From Minisyncoccia bacterium (GTDB taxonomy: Bacteria > Patescibacteriota > Minisyncoccia > Phycocordibacterales > Phycocordibacteraceae): a DNA stretch of 45,335 nt. The position numbers were made by a program, and so were the translations under genes. Shown here piece after piece: positions 23,500 through 34,006 of this stretch; the stretch's first letter is position 1, and each line of letters begins with the position of its first letter. The stretch spans positions 1-45,335 of the forward strand of contig JBFJWB010000002.1 in the NCBI GenBank assembly GCA_041623915.1. The letters run 5' to 3'. The notes under the pieces are model-generated. The model saw nothing but the letters and a program-made list of their open reading frames with translations. It searched no databases and was not told the DNA's origin.

Positions 23500-25029
23500 T
23501 TATCTGGCGAACTCCACGACACGATTCTCACGGATAACATTCACCTTAATTTCGCCAGGGTATTTGAGCTCATTCTGTATTCTCTCTGATATCGCACGCG
23601 CCAGTTTGTGCATAGCAAGGTCAGAAACCTTCCCGGGATTTACAAACACTCGTATCTCTCGGCCAGCAGAAATGGCATATGTCTTCTCTACACCATCAAA
23701 ACTCATTGCAACACGTTCCAGATCGCCAAGGCGGTCCAAATAGCGCTCAATGGTGTCCCTGCGCGCTCCAGGGCGACTTGCTGAAATAGCATCTGCAACC
23801 TGTACAATTACAGCCTCAGGAGTTTCAAATGGATGTTCTTCATGGTGTGACTGCATTGCCTGAATGATTTGCTTGTCCACGCCAAATTTTTCAAGAATAC
23901 GCCGACCAATTTCAACATGGGTGCCTTGCACCTCATGATCTACCGCTTTACCAATGTCATGTAAAAGGGCACCAGCACGTGCAATCTTCTGGTCCGCACC
24001 AAGTTCTGTCGCAAGCATCCCAGCAATATGTGCCATCTCAATTGAATGCTGGAGTACATTTTGTCCGTAGCTGGTACGGAAATGAAGACGTCCTAGAAGT
24101 GTAATTAGCTTAGGGTCTATGCCTACAACACCAGCCTCATATGCTGCTGCCTCTCCTTTTTTACGGATTATTTCCTGAACCTCATGCTGTGTTTTTTGTA
24201 CAGTTTCCTCAATCTTAGCGGGCTGTATACGGCCGTCTGCAATAAGCTTCTCTAGCGCAATTTTAGCAACTGCACGCCTAAGCGGATCAAAAGAAGATAG
24301 GGCTATTTTGTCAGGAGCATCGTCAATAAGTACGTCCACACCAGTAGCACGTTCAAACGCTTTAATATTTCGGCCTTCTTTTCCTATTATCTTTCCTTTA
24401 ACCTCTTCTGAGGGTATTGATACTGAAAGAGCCAATGTTTCGTTATTGACAGCGTTACCGAGGCGGTGAATAGCTGTTAGGAGTATGTTGCGGGCCTTGT
24501 CTTCAAGGCGCTCAGCACCTGCCGCCTCAAGTTTCTGTAATCTTAATAAAATAGCCTCCTCATCTGCCGCCTCAACTTCTTTAAAGAGTGCCTCTCGTGC
24601 CTGTGTTTCTGTTAGGTGCGCTACCCGAGCAAGCTCTCTTGTACGTCTTTTTGTTAGTTTATCAGCTTCGGTTTGTCGTCTGTTGGTCTCAGCCTCTCGC
24701 GTCTTTATTTCATCTACAGCATGATCTATATCACGCTGACGTTGATCTAAAAATTCTTCTTTTTTGCTCAAGCGACTCTCAGTCTTTTCTAGTTTATCCT
24801 CACGATCTTCAACGACAGCTAAACGTTCGGTCTCAATAACTTCACTGCGGTATTCTGCATCGGCAATTATCTTCGCAGCCTCTTCTTTTGCTTGAAGCAT
24901 CTTCTGCTTAATCTCAAGCTCCAAAGAACCTCTTTGACCAAGAGCAATAAGCCAACGGAGTACGTAGCCTAGGATAATTCCACCTGCACCAGAAAGCGCA
25001 AGCATTATAAGTATAATTTTCAGGGACAT
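23500..25029 (-). CDS. rny: ribonuclease Y
   Basis: N-terminal TM segment, coiled coil, KH motif GKIIGKEGRNIKAFE, HD motif GALLHDIGKA. Confidence 0.94.
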   Translation of the reverse strand: MSLKIILIMLALSGAGGIILGYVLRWLIALGQRGSLELEIKQKMLQAKEEAAKIIADAEYRSEVIETERLAVVEDREDKLEKTESRLSKKEEFLDQRQRDIDHAVDEIKTREAETNRRQTEADKLTKRRTRELARVAHLTETQAREALFKEVEAADEEAILLRLQKLEAAGAERLEDKARNILLTAIHRLGNAVNNETLALSVSIPSEEVKGKIIGKEGRNIKAFERATGVDVLIDDAPDKIALSSFDPLRRAVAKIALEKLIADGRIQPAKIEETVQKTQHEVQEIIRKKGEAAAYEAGVVGIDPKLITLLGRLHFRTSYGQNVLQHSIEMAHIAGMLATELGADQKIARAGALLHDIGKAVDHEVQGTHVEIGRRILEKFGVDKQIIQAMQSHHEEHPFETPEAVIVQVADAISASRPGARRDTIERYLDRLGDLERVAMSFDGVEKTYAISAGREIRVFVNPGKVSDLAMHKLARAISERIQNELKYPGEIKVNVIRENRVVEFAR

Positions 25030-25208
25030 AGCAGTCGGTGTATTAATTCGCTAATAGCGAAGATGAAGCAAAAACAAATTAAAGATCGTACAGTCAATCA
25101 GCAAAAGCAGGAGTGTCAGCGCAGGGTCAACATGACTCTATCACTTGAAGCGTTCTATAGCAAAAAGGCCGACACACGAAAAATGACCACCTTTTTTATG
25201 TTAAGTAA

Positions 25209-25811
25209 TTAGCCTTTATATACCTGATCAACTATTCCGTATTTCTTAGCCTCATCTGCTGTCATAAAGAAGTCACGGTCTACATCTTGAGCAACTTTTT
25301 CAATCTTCTGGCCAGTGGTTTTTGCCAATATTTTGTTTAGACGGTCACGAAGTGAAAGAATTCTCTTAGCGCTTATCTCGATGTCAGTAGCTTGACCCTC
25401 AACTCCTCCATGTGGTTGATGGATCATTACGTCTGCATTAGGAAGTGCAAACCTTTTTCCTTTTGCTCCAGATGCGAGAATAATAGAACCCATAGACGCA
25501 GCCATACCAACGCACACGGTAGAAATATCCGGCTTCACATGGTTCATGGCGTCTACAATTGCAAGTCCAGAATGCACATGTCCACCTGGCGAATTTACAT
25601 AAAAGTTAATATCTTTCTTTGGGTCTTCAGACTCAAGGAATAGGAGTTGCGCAATTACCAGATTTGCAACGTCATCATTTATCGGCCCGCCCAAAAATAT
25701 AATTCGGTCCTTCAATAAACGCGAATAAATATCATAAGAACGCTCGCCGAATTGAGATTTTTCAAGGACGATTGGGACAAACATAGAGCTTTTAGAATGT
25801 TGTGTAGTCAT
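25209..25811 (-). CDS. clpP: ATP-dependent Clp protease proteolytic subunit
   Basis: [21 protein letters not shown] (Ser), MIHQP (His). 200 aa. Confidence 0.95.
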   Translation of the reverse strand: MTTQHSKSSMFVPIVLEKSQFGERSYDIYSRLLKDRIIFLGGPINDDVANLVIAQLLFLESEDPKKDINFYVNSPGGHVHSGLAIVDAMNHVKPDISTVCVGMAASMGSIILASGAKGKRFALPNADVMIHQPHGGVEGQATDIEISAKRILSLRDRLNKILAKTTGQKIEKVAQDVDRDFFMTADEAKKYGIVDQVYKG

Positions 25812-25863
25812 GTGTGGATATTACAAAAAATGAATACATAAAGCAAAACAGAAGAAATTGGCA

Positions 25864-26067
25864 CTATTTTGCAGGAGATGTTAGCGTTTCCGGTACTATA
25901 ATGTTTTGTTCTGTGATGCGCTTCCCCCATGCATAAAATGCACCTATTACAATCATCACAACTATAATTATTATAGATATAAGCGCCCCCCAAGACTGTT
26001 GTTTGGGGGAAGGGTTTCCGAGTCCTGTTAAAGCTTCTGTAGTTTCTGTTTGTGCTTTTAGATCCAT
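25864..26067 (-). CDS. small single-pass membrane protein
   Basis: 67 aa with TM segment WGALISIIIIVVMIVIGAFYAW. Weak support. Confidence 0.45.
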   Translation of the reverse strand: MDLKAQTETTEALTGLGNPSPKQQSWGALISIIIIVVMIVIGAFYAWGKRITEQNIIVPETLTSPAK

Positions 26068-26109
26068 ACGTTAACTTAGTATATCAGCAAGAAGGGGTTC
26101 CACGCATTC

Positions 26110-26628
26110 TTATTTTTCTGCCATGTATAGCGAGCGAGCTCGCTCAAACGCTTTTTCGGCATCTGCTTTTCCTTTATACTCTCCAACAACAACATCTTTC
26201 TTTTGTATTTGTTTATATGTTTTAAAGAAATGAACAATCTCTTTAAGTGTATGTCTATTGATGTCAGACAAATCTTTGATGTCAGCAAAACGAGGATCGT
26301 CAGCAGGTACGGCGATTACTTTTTCGTCTGGCTCACCACCATCAATCATCGGCATAATTGCAACTGGTCGAGCACGCACCAAGATGCCAGGCACTAATGG
26401 GGATGTGGTGAGTATTATTACATCAAGAGCGTCTCCGTCATCCCAAAGTGTTTGTGGCACAAAGCCGTAATCAAATGGATAAGTTTGTGCTGTGTGCATT
26501 ACTCGGTCAAGAGCAATAAGTCCAGTCTTTTTATCAATTTCGTATTTGTTGTGAGAGCCACGCGGTATCTCTATGATGACATTCATCTGTTCTTTAGTCC
26601 CTGGATCAACATCGTGCAGTAAATTCAT
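26110..26628 (-). CDS. ppa: inorganic pyrophosphatase
   Basis: IEIPRGSHNKYEID, YPFDYGFVPQT, DGDALDVI. 172 aa. Confidence 0.94.
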   Translation of the reverse strand: MNLLHDVDPGTKEQMNVIIEIPRGSHNKYEIDKKTGLIALDRVMHTAQTYPFDYGFVPQTLWDDGDALDVIILTTSPLVPGILVRARPVAIMPMIDGGEPDEKVIAVPADDPRFADIKDLSDINRHTLKEIVHFFKTYKQIQKKDVVVGEYKGKADAEKAFERARSLYMAEK

Positions 26629-26686
26629 AAGTATGTATCATTAATCTTCGCACAATAACAATACAATGAAGAGAAAACAATATGAA

Positions 26687-26711
26687 AGGGGTCGTCTAGA
26701 AGACGGCCCCT
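26687..26711 (-). terminator. terminator of 26727..27185
   Basis: aggggtcgtct-aga-agacggcccct with a T-rich tail on the minus strand. Confidence 0.6.
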
Positions 26712-26726
26712 TGTTCTTGAGTATAT

Positions 26727-27185
26727 TTATTCTTTAAATTTCAGAATGACGGAGCATTCAGTTTTAGTTTGTCCGAGCATTGCCAGAAGCACTAAGTCAT
26801 AAGGTTTTTCCACAAAGTCAAAAGTATACTCTGCAATTAATAGATTTCTTCGTATACGTTCTTGTACTCGCTTCAATCTCTCGCCATTGTGTCGGATTTT
26901 GGAATCCAGCCACCGTATGTCTGCATTATTTTCGGCCATGTCTAGTGCCAACTGCTTATAGTATTTGTAATCCAGTGAGTACGACGCCATGTCTCTACAG
27001 ACTTTTGTCGTTGTACTCATGCTTCTTTCAAAGTATTCAGAGACATAGTTATCCCAAGAGATAAAGGGTGTATTCTCTACCAATTCAATGCGTGAAGCCT
27101 TTCTGGAAGTGTTTGAGTAACTTGCATCCACTTGCGTAATCAATAGCGTGCCGAGCACCAGAGCAATATTAATCATATTGTTCAT
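26727..27185 (-). CDS. secreted hypothetical protein
   Basis: Perfect SD aggagg 8 nt upstream. Signal peptide MNNMINIALVLGTLLITQVDA. A monocistronic unit between two terminators. Confidence 0.7.
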   Translation of the reverse strand: MNNMINIALVLGTLLITQVDASYSNTSRKASRIELVENTPFISWDNYVSEYFERSMSTTTKVCRDMASYSLDYKYYKQLALDMAENNADIRWLDSKIRHNGERLKRVQERIRRNLLIAEYTFDFVEKPYDLVLLAMLGQTKTECSVILKFKE

Positions 27186-27254
27186 GAGTATCGCCTCCTA
27201 AACTAAAAAGAATTATATCTATATGCGTTTATACTCTGATATCTGCATATATGC

Positions 27255-27285
27255 AAAACCACCTACATACAATGTAGGTGGTTTT
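27255..27285. terminator. bidirectional terminator after nusA
   Basis: aaaaccacctaca-tacaa-tgtaggtggtttt. Confidence 0.75.
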
Positions 27286-27303
27286 GAGAAACAGTAAGGC
27301 AAT

Positions 27304-28668
27304 TTACTTATCGTCTTTGTCTTTATCTCTACTTTCTGAAGCATCTGCGACTGTTTCATCAGAATCAGGCAACGCAGTAAGTTCTTCTTCTGCTGGAAGA
27401 GATGTTTTCTCTGGAGTGTCATCGTCAACAATTTCGTGCGATTCAGTTGGCATAATTCCTGCTTCCACAGACGGCTCTCCAGATGCAACCTCTTCAGGAG
27501 TGATATCAACTGATGTGCCATCGCTCTCTGCAATGTTTGAACCTCCTGCAGACACTATATCTATGTTCCATCCAGTCAATTTCGCTGCTAAGCGTACGTT
27601 CTGTCCACCGCGACCAATGGCTAGCGACTGCTCTTCCTCAGCAACAGTAACGGTCGCTCGACGCTCCTCATTGTTCATAATTACCTCAATCGGCTCCGCT
27701 GGAGAGAGTGCCTCTTTGATAAATTCTTCCGTATTCTCTGACCATTCAATTATATCTATGCGTTCTCCGCCAAGTTCACTCATTACCGTTGAAACACGTA
27801 CTCCTCGCTGGCCTACCAATGATCCTACTGGGTCAACATGTGGATCAAGCGAAAGTACTGCGATCTTAGTACGGCTACCTGCCTCACGTGCAATTGCTTT
27901 TATTTCAATGTTTCCAGCGGCAAGCTCTGGAGCTTCTGCTTCAAAAAGCTTAACCACAAACCTTGTATTTGCGCGAGATAAACGCAAGTATACGCCACGA
28001 AATCCCTCATCAACTGCCCATAACAAGGCACGAATACGCTCACCAGGACGGTAGCGCTCACCAGGAATTTGTTCCTCATATGGAATGATTCCAACAGCAC
28101 GTCCAAGATCTACAAAGATAGCACCACGCTCCATTCGCTGTACTACTCCACTAACAATGTCATCCTTCTTTTCGCCAAACTCTTTGAGCATGGATAGTTT
28201 TTCCGCCTCACGTACCTTCTGGATAACAACCTGCTTAGCTGTTTGTGCCGCAATTCGGCCGAAGTCGTCTTGTGGCTCAAGAGGGAACACAATTTCTTCA
28301 TTTAACGTAACATCACGCTTAATAAGTTTGGCATTTTCTATAAGCATGTGTTTTTCCGTATCAAAGCGTGGCAATTCGCCTTCAGCAAGTGCCTCCTCTT
28401 CATGATTTGGATGATGTACCTCTATAACCTCCTCACCTTCTTCCGGAAAACGAACCATGGATTCGTCCACGACAGTTTTTACTTGCTCAAATGAAACAGT
28501 GCCTGTATTGAGGTCAAGTTTCGCACGTACAACTTGTCCACGCTTACCGTATTCTTTTTTGTAAGCAGTGGCCATTGCCGTTTCAATAGCTGTAACCATT
28601 GTCTCGCGTGATATACCGCGGTCTTCAAATTCTTCGAGCACTAGGTTGATGGTTTTAAGGTCAATCAT
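27304..28668 (-). CDS. nusA: transcription termination/antitermination factor NusA with an acidic C-terminal tail
   Basis: N-terminus LEEFEDRGISRETMVTAIETAMATAYKK, S1 domain and KH repeats (GQRGVRV, IGRGGQNVRLA). Confidence 0.93.
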   Translation of the reverse strand: MIDLKTINLVLEEFEDRGISRETMVTAIETAMATAYKKEYGKRGQVVRAKLDLNTGTVSFEQVKTVVDESMVRFPEEGEEVIEVHHPNHEEEALAEGELPRFDTEKHMLIENAKLIKRDVTLNEEIVFPLEPQDDFGRIAAQTAKQVVIQKVREAEKLSMLKEFGEKKDDIVSGVVQRMERGAIFVDLGRAVGIIPYEEQIPGERYRPGERIRALLWAVDEGFRGVYLRLSRANTRFVVKLFEAEAPELAAGNIEIKAIAREAGSRTKIAVLSLDPHVDPVGSLVGQRGVRVSTVMSELGGERIDIIEWSENTEEFIKEALSPAEPIEVIMNNEERRATVTVAEEEQSLAIGRGGQNVRLAAKLTGWNIDIVSAGGSNIAESDGTSVDITPEEVASGEPSVEAGIMPTESHEIVDDDTPEKTSLPAEEELTALPDSDETVADASESRDKDKDDK

Positions 28669-28828
28669 ATTGGTTGTGTATGTAGCACTTTTATAAAGAA
28701 AGTCCGCAAGGCGGACATTTCAGATACTTTGAAGAATACCAGTATCTAGTGTGTGCGTCAATGTCTCCAAGTTTGTCCACGTTTCATATATGCCGAGAGA
28801 GCATGTAACACGCTATACTCTATATATT

Positions 28829-30574
28829 ATGCACGTTTCGGAAAGCGAATTGAAAGAGTTTGTCTTGGACTCTGGACTTGTCGCTAGAAAAGATATTGAC
28901 GCGGCTGCAAAAGAGGCAAAGAAGTTAGGACAATCGCTTGGTAACGTTCTCGTTTCAAACGGCTCTATTACAGAGGATGCCCTTCGCCGTATTCAAGCAT
29001 ATGTTCTCGGTATCCCTTTTGTGAACTTGAAAGGATTGCGTGTCCCTGTTGAAGTACTAGCACTCATTCCTGAGCCGATAGCAAGAACACATAATATTAT
29101 TGCTTTCAAAAAAGAGAGTGACTCACTAGAAGTTGCAATGCTTGATGTGGATGATCTGGCATCTATAGATTCTGTTCGCAAAAAGACTGGTCTTAAAATT
29201 CTACCGCGCTTGACTGATACAGATTCTATTAAGCACGCACTACTTCAATACCAGAAATCTCTAAAAGATGAGTTTGGCGATATTATTTCCGCAGAAGCTG
29301 GAAAGTTGAGGCTTGTGCAGGGAGCAAAAGATCTGTCTCATGAGGATTTGAAGAAGATGGCAGAGGACCTTCCAATAGTTCGTATCGTGGATACTCTTTT
29401 GCGTCATGCAATTGTTCAAGACGCCTCTGATATTCATATTGAACCAATGGAACAGGAAGTACTAGTTCGATACCGAATAGATGGAATATTACATGACGCC
29501 ATGACGCTTCCAAAATCTGCCACAGCAGGTATCGCTGCTCGCATAAAAGTACTTGCTAACCTAAAGTTAGATGAGAAACGTCTCCCACAAGATGGTCGTT
29601 TCAAGATGGAAACAGATTCAGAGAAAGTATCTTTTCGCGTGTCCGTTCTACCTACTTTTTTCGGTGAAAAGATAGTAATGCGTCTTTTGCGGGAAACAGG
29701 AGAAGGCTTCACTCTTGATGCTCTTGGGTTTCATGGCATTAACTTAGAACGCATACACGCGGCTCTAAAACAGAAAACAGGAATAATTCTTGTTTCTGGA
29801 CCAACAGGAAGTGGTAAAACGACCACTCTTTATACTATGTTGGATATTTTAAATACACCGGACGTTAACATATCCACAATTGAAGACCCAATTGAGTATC
29901 AAATGAAACGTATTAATCAGACGCAAGTGAATCCACAAATTGGCTTCACTTTCGCATCAGGATTACGTTCTTTGGTACGTCAGGATCCAGATATAATAAT
30001 GGTTGGAGAGATCCGTGACAGCGAAACAGCAAGCCTCGCCATAAATGCCGCACTTACTGGGCATCTAGTGTTATCTACCATTCACACTAATAGCGCAGCT
30101 GGCGCCATACCACGCCTTATAGACATGGGCGTAGAGCCATTCTTGCTTGCGTCCACTATTCGCGTAATTGTAGGTCAGCGTCTTGTACGTCAATTGTGCG
30201 AAGAAAAAGAAGCATATGAATTTACCAAAGAAGCTCGTTCCAAGGTTGCTATAGATGAAGCTTTTGACCGAGCGCTCAAGGCGCTTCATGAAGAAAAATT
30301 GATAAAGAAAGATATAGATTTTGACAATGTTCCTTTTTACAGACCTACACCTTCCGGTGAATGTGAAGATGGTTACAAGAGTCGTATTGGGATTCATGAA
30401 GTACTTTCAATATCCTCTGCAATTAGAGAAACAATGTTGCACCAAAGCACGTCAGACGCTATTGAAGATCAAGGAAAGAGTGAGGGAATGTTGACAATGT
30501 TGGAGGACGGAATATTTAAAGCGGCACGTGGCATCACCTCTATGGAGGAAGTATTGCGTGCAGTATCAGAATAA
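28829..30574 (+). CDS. pilB: type IV pilus assembly ATPase (PilB/GspE family)
   Basis: GSPII_E N-terminal pattern, Walker A SGPTGSGKTTTLY, Asp box, MVGEIRD, tetracysteine-region remnant. ATG at 28829 is preferred over the GTG at 28751. Confidence 0.92.
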   Translation: MHVSESELKEFVLDSGLVARKDIDAAAKEAKKLGQSLGNVLVSNGSITEDALRRIQAYVLGIPFVNLKGLRVPVEVLALIPEPIARTHNIIAFKKESDSLEVAMLDVDDLASIDSVRKKTGLKILPRLTDTDSIKHALLQYQKSLKDEFGDIISAEAGKLRLVQGAKDLSHEDLKKMAEDLPIVRIVDTLLRHAIVQDASDIHIEPMEQEVLVRYRIDGILHDAMTLPKSATAGIAARIKVLANLKLDEKRLPQDGRFKMETDSEKVSFRVSVLPTFFGEKIVMRLLRETGEGFTLDALGFHGINLERIHAALKQKTGIILVSGPTGSGKTTTLYTMLDILNTPDVNISTIEDPIEYQMKRINQTQVNPQIGFTFASGLRSLVRQDPDIIMVGEIRDSETASLAINAALTGHLVLSTIHTNSAAGAIPRLIDMGVEPFLLASTIRVIVGQRLVRQLCEEKEAYEFTKEARSKVAIDEAFDRALKALHEEKLIKKDIDFDNVPFYRPTPSGECEDGYKSRIGIHEVLSISSAIRETMLHQSTSDAIEDQGKSEGMLTMLEDGIFKAARGITSMEEVLRAVSE

Positions 30575-30578
30575 TGTA

Positions 30579-31793
30579 ATGAAGTACAACGTAACCATTC
30601 ACAAAGAGGGTGTAGAGAACACAAAGAAGGTTATAGAAGCCCCTTCTCGCTTTGCGGTTTATGAGAAGGTAGAAAAAGATGGGGGCACAATTGTTGCGCT
30701 TATGGAAAGTAAAAAGGGATTACACATGCCTCGCTGGACTAGTATAACTATTGGTACTGGTATAAAACAGACCGAGATAATTACACTAGCCCGCAACTTA
30801 TCCGCAATGTTAAATGCAGGGCTCTCGCTCTCCAGAGCATTATCTGTGCTTGAGCGTCAATCTAAAAACAAGTTTTACAAGCGATTAATTACAAAACTTG
30901 AAGAAGCGATTAAAAAAGGATCCTCATTCAGTGACGCTCTTGCAGCTAACCCAAAGATATTCTCAAGTCTTTTCATAGCCATGGCGCGCGCTGGAGAAGA
31001 GTCAGGATCACTTTCAGGATCACTTACAATAGTGGCGCAACAGATGGAGCGAATGCATGCGCTCATTCGTAAAGTTCGTGGTGCAATGATCTACCCTGCA
31101 GTCGTAGTAACTGCAATAATTATTGTTGCAATTCTGATGCTTATGTTTGTTGTGCCAACGCTTACAAAAACATTTGCTTCGCTCGGAGTCGCGTTACCTC
31201 TCTCTACACGAATTATCGTTGCGATTTCTGATTTCCTTGTAGCTTACACAGTGTGGGTGTTGCCATTATTTATCGCATTTTTCTCGGCGCTTATTATGTT
31301 TGTTCGTTCAAAGACAGGTGGTTCTATGATTTTATGGTTAGCATTAAGAACGCCGGTCATTGGAGAATTAGTGCGCGAGACATACTCTGCTCGCGCTGCC
31401 CGCACAATGTCTTCTCTTTTAATGTCTGGAGTGCCAGTGCTTAGCGCTCTTGATATTACAAAAGACGTTGTGCACGCAAAAGTGTTTGCAAACGTTATAG
31501 ACGAAGCAAAGGTATATGTAAAAAAGGGAGAACCACTATCTAAAGCCTTTATAGAAAACAACAAATACTACCCAGTGTTTATGGGTGACATGCTTGCTGT
31601 TGGCGAAGAAACAGGAGGTGTTGCAGAAATGCTCAAACAAGTCGCAGAGTTTTATGAAGAAGACGTTTCAGAAAAAACTAAAGATCTGTCTACAGTTATT
31701 GAGCCGATACTAATACTCATCATTGGTGTATTTGTAGGTGTATTCGCAGTATCAATGATAGGTCCGATATATTCAATCTCATCTGCTATCTAG
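30579..31793 (+). CDS. pilC: type IV pilus platform protein (PilC/GspF family)
   Basis: Two GspF repeats and three TM segments. ATG at 30579 lies 5 nt after the pilB stop. Confidence 0.9.
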   Translation: MKYNVTIHKEGVENTKKVIEAPSRFAVYEKVEKDGGTIVALMESKKGLHMPRWTSITIGTGIKQTEIITLARNLSAMLNAGLSLSRALSVLERQSKNKFYKRLITKLEEAIKKGSSFSDALAANPKIFSSLFIAMARAGEESGSLSGSLTIVAQQMERMHALIRKVRGAMIYPAVVVTAIIIVAILMLMFVVPTLTKTFASLGVALPLSTRIIVAISDFLVAYTVWVLPLFIAFFSALIMFVRSKTGGSMILWLALRTPVIGELVRETYSARAARTMSSLLMSGVPVLSALDITKDVVHAKVFANVIDEAKVYVKKGEPLSKAFIENNKYYPVFMGDMLAVGEETGGVAEMLKQVAEFYEEDVSEKTKDLSTVIEPILILIIGVFVGVFAVSMIGPIYSISSAI

Positions 31794-31806
31794 AAGAAGC
31801 ATAGTA

Positions 31807-33075
31807 TTAGTTCGGGATAATAACGTACGTTCCTCGGTCTACTGCCCATGCGCCACTTGGGCCATTTGAAAATCCGGCGTTTTGAAGTCCAGCAATGTAC
31901 ACAATTGTTGCATTATTTTTCAATTCAATGGCATAGCCAGTAATTTGATTAGCGGACGCATTGTTTCCTATTTTTACAGTGCCATATGGAGCGTAAAGCA
32001 ATACACTGTTGGCATTGTTGTTCATGACAATAGCGTCAGTACTGCTACTCATTGAAAGCGCCATAGGGAAGCTGTTGGGGTTGCCATTACCAGCTATTGT
32101 TATGTTGTTGGATAAATCTATAAGCCCTTGCGTTGTTCGGTTAGTTGGTACATCAGCAATTAGTACAGCGCCACTCGTGCCAGCGCTAGCGTCTACGAGA
32201 AAATAAGAATTGTTACCAAAGTCTACGTCACCCTCCACCCAAATTGGTCCTGCTATACGTAGTTTTGCACCGACTCCAATAATAAGGTCCCCTTCAATTT
32301 TTACGGGACCTAGTGTTTGGTCTCCTGTGATTGTGTATGTTCCAGTAATAATGCTAGTAGACGAGGCAATGTTTTCCCACGCTAAGACTTGCTGGTCAGA
32401 TATTGGCATAGGAAGAGCTGGAGCGTTTGGCACACCGCCAGTACTGCCAAGTAATGCTAAGCATGTAGATGAAACTTCATAACTCGCTTGACCAGTTACT
32501 GTGCAGTTATACATGGAGTATGCCTGCGCATCTCCGCCTATAGCTATATCGGTAATTGTGGATGACGCCGCAGCTGTTGCGTCACCTGAGATTGATCCAC
32601 CGCCTGATATAGGGCCGTTGGAATAAACACTTCCTTGGACATTAGAGCCGTTATTCATAATAATGCCACCATCACCTACCTGAAGTCCGTAATGAAATGA
32701 AATTAGACTGTTATTAATACTTACTGTGGCTGTGATTGTTTTTGAAGCTACAGGAGAATGTCGGTCGGGTATGTGGCTGGCAACAGTGATCCGGCGCGTA
32801 TAATTGTTAACTGGGATTGCCGTAACAGTAAAAGTTCCTTTTCCTAGTGGTGTGTCAATTTCACCTATGTATGCAGGTGATTTGTTAAGTTCTGAGATTG
32901 CTTTGTCCATGCCCGCCTCCGCAATGGCTAACGCGTCCACTTGTTGGTATGTGTGGCGCTCAAGTTGGACTAAGCTAACCACGCGATTTGCCAACCCTGC
33001 TGTAATAGCGAAAAATGTGGCGCCAACTACGAGTGTGAAAAGCAATACAAATCCTTTGTTTGTGTGATTTTTCAT
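31807..33075 (-). CDS. PilX-like minor pilus protein with a Gly/Asn-rich probable beta-helix
   Basis: N-terminus KGFVLLFTLVVGATFFAITAGLANR (PilX_N-like, no Glu5). ATGA overlap with the upstream pseudopilin. Repeats GGxISGD / IAIGGD. Confidence 0.7.
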   Translation of the reverse strand: MKNHTNKGFVLLFTLVVGATFFAITAGLANRVVSLVQLERHTYQQVDALAIAEAGMDKAISELNKSPAYIGEIDTPLGKGTFTVTAIPVNNYTRRITVASHIPDRHSPVASKTITATVSINNSLISFHYGLQVGDGGIIMNNGSNVQGSVYSNGPISGGGSISGDATAAASSTITDIAIGGDAQAYSMYNCTVTGQASYEVSSTCLALLGSTGGVPNAPALPMPISDQQVLAWENIASSTSIITGTYTITGDQTLGPVKIEGDLIIGVGAKLRIAGPIWVEGDVDFGNNSYFLVDASAGTSGAVLIADVPTNRTTQGLIDLSNNITIAGNGNPNSFPMALSMSSSTDAIVMNNNANSVLLYAPYGTVKIGNNASANQITGYAIELKNNATIVYIAGLQNAGFSNGPSGAWAVDRGTYVIIPN

Positions 33076-33629
33076 ATATTGCTATTTCGCATATAAATGT
33101 GGGCACGCACATGCGTTTCTATTGGCGTGATACTGGTTTGCGCAGTAGTTGTTGCATCTACAAATAAGCTTTTTGTTGTGGATATATTGGGACTATCGTA
33201 CTCAAAAGAAAGTTCAGATAGAGATTCTGTTAATAAAAGCGTGCCAGCTGTGCGTACACTGCTTGGTGAGCTGTCTGTAAGTCTGTACGCCTTAGTTCCA
33301 GTCGCATGAATACCAATATAATCATAATACCCACTTATCAAATTGCCTGACCTGTCTATAGAAGGAAGTTCAAAGATCACAGTTGTTGTTCCAGTTGTGT
33401 AAGATGTGCCCAGAAAATAATGAGAAGACACAATGCGCGTTGCTTGCAGTCCAGCATAACGTGTTTCGCGAGTGATAGCGCTACCGCCTTCTGTTACAGC
33501 AACAGAAGCTCGTAAGTGGTTTGATGCTGTGTTGTATTGTCCGTACACATAAGCGACAGCAGAGCCAATAACGGCAGTCAGCGCCGTCACTATGACAATC
33601 TCAATTAATGTAAAGCCACGTATTTTCAT
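33072..33629 (-). CDS. prepilin-type N-terminal cleavage/methylation domain protein (pseudopilin)
   Basis: MKIRG/FTLIEIVIVTALTAVIGSAV. ATGA overlap at both ends. Confidence 0.85.
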   Translation of the reverse strand: MKIRGFTLIEIVIVTALTAVIGSAVAYVYGQYNTASNHLRASVAVTEGGSAITRETRYAGLQATRIVSSHYFLGTSYTTGTTTVIFELPSIDRSGNLISGYYDYIGIHATGTKAYRLTDSSPSSVRTAGTLLLTESLSELSFEYDSPNISTTKSLFVDATTTAQTSITPIETHVRAHIYMRNSNI

Positions 33630-34006
33630 AACCCACCAACGTCAGTTATCAGTGTTGTAAGTGATATGTAGCGCTCATTTGAAGTGTTGGTTGTCCATGA
33701 AACTCCCACCAATACTTCTTTTACAGAAGCACTATAGTTTGTGATGGTTGTGCTCGCAGTACCGTTGGGTAGCTTGAAAAGTAATGGGTCTGTAAATGGC
33801 CCGCTTGTCGGCATGGCCACTTGTCCGTCAGCACGGATCGTGTCTAATTTAGTGTGCGCAATTGTAAGAGCAATGTTTGCATGTTTTATACCGTTTGCGT
33901 TTTGAATTAACACACCGACAGCAACAAACATGAGCATCGCTACACCAAGCATAAACAAAGAAACAACAACTTCAACAAGTGTAAATCCTCGTGTTGGACG
34001 ATGCAT
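33626..34006 (-). CDS. prepilin-type N-terminal cleavage/methylation domain protein (pseudopilin)
   Basis: MHRPTRG/FTLVEVVVSLFMLGVAML. ATG at 34006 is preferred over 34066. Confidence 0.82.
   Translation of the reverse strand: MHRPTRGFTLVEVVVSLFMLGVAMLMFVAVGVLIQNANGIKHANIALTIAHTKLDTIRADGQVAMPTSGPFTDPLLFKLPNGTASTTITNYSASVKEVLVGVSWTTNTSNERYISLTTLITDVGGL

Noticed and set aside
25808-25993. 61-aa ORF between clpP and the small membrane ORF, and 26076..26288 inside ppa
   Set aside because: They overlap better-supported frames and have Cys/Ile-rich, implausible composition.
27278-28054. 258-aa plus-strand ORF antisense to nusA
   Set aside because: It is Ser-rich and low-complexity, typical of the antisense frame of a Glu/Asp-rich gene. 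The nusA call on the other strand is unambiguous.
28751-28828. Upstream GTG start for pilB, and similarly 30528 for pilC
   Set aside because: The family N-terminal domains begin at the internal ATGs (28829, 30579). The pilC extension would overlap the pilB C-terminus by 47 nt.
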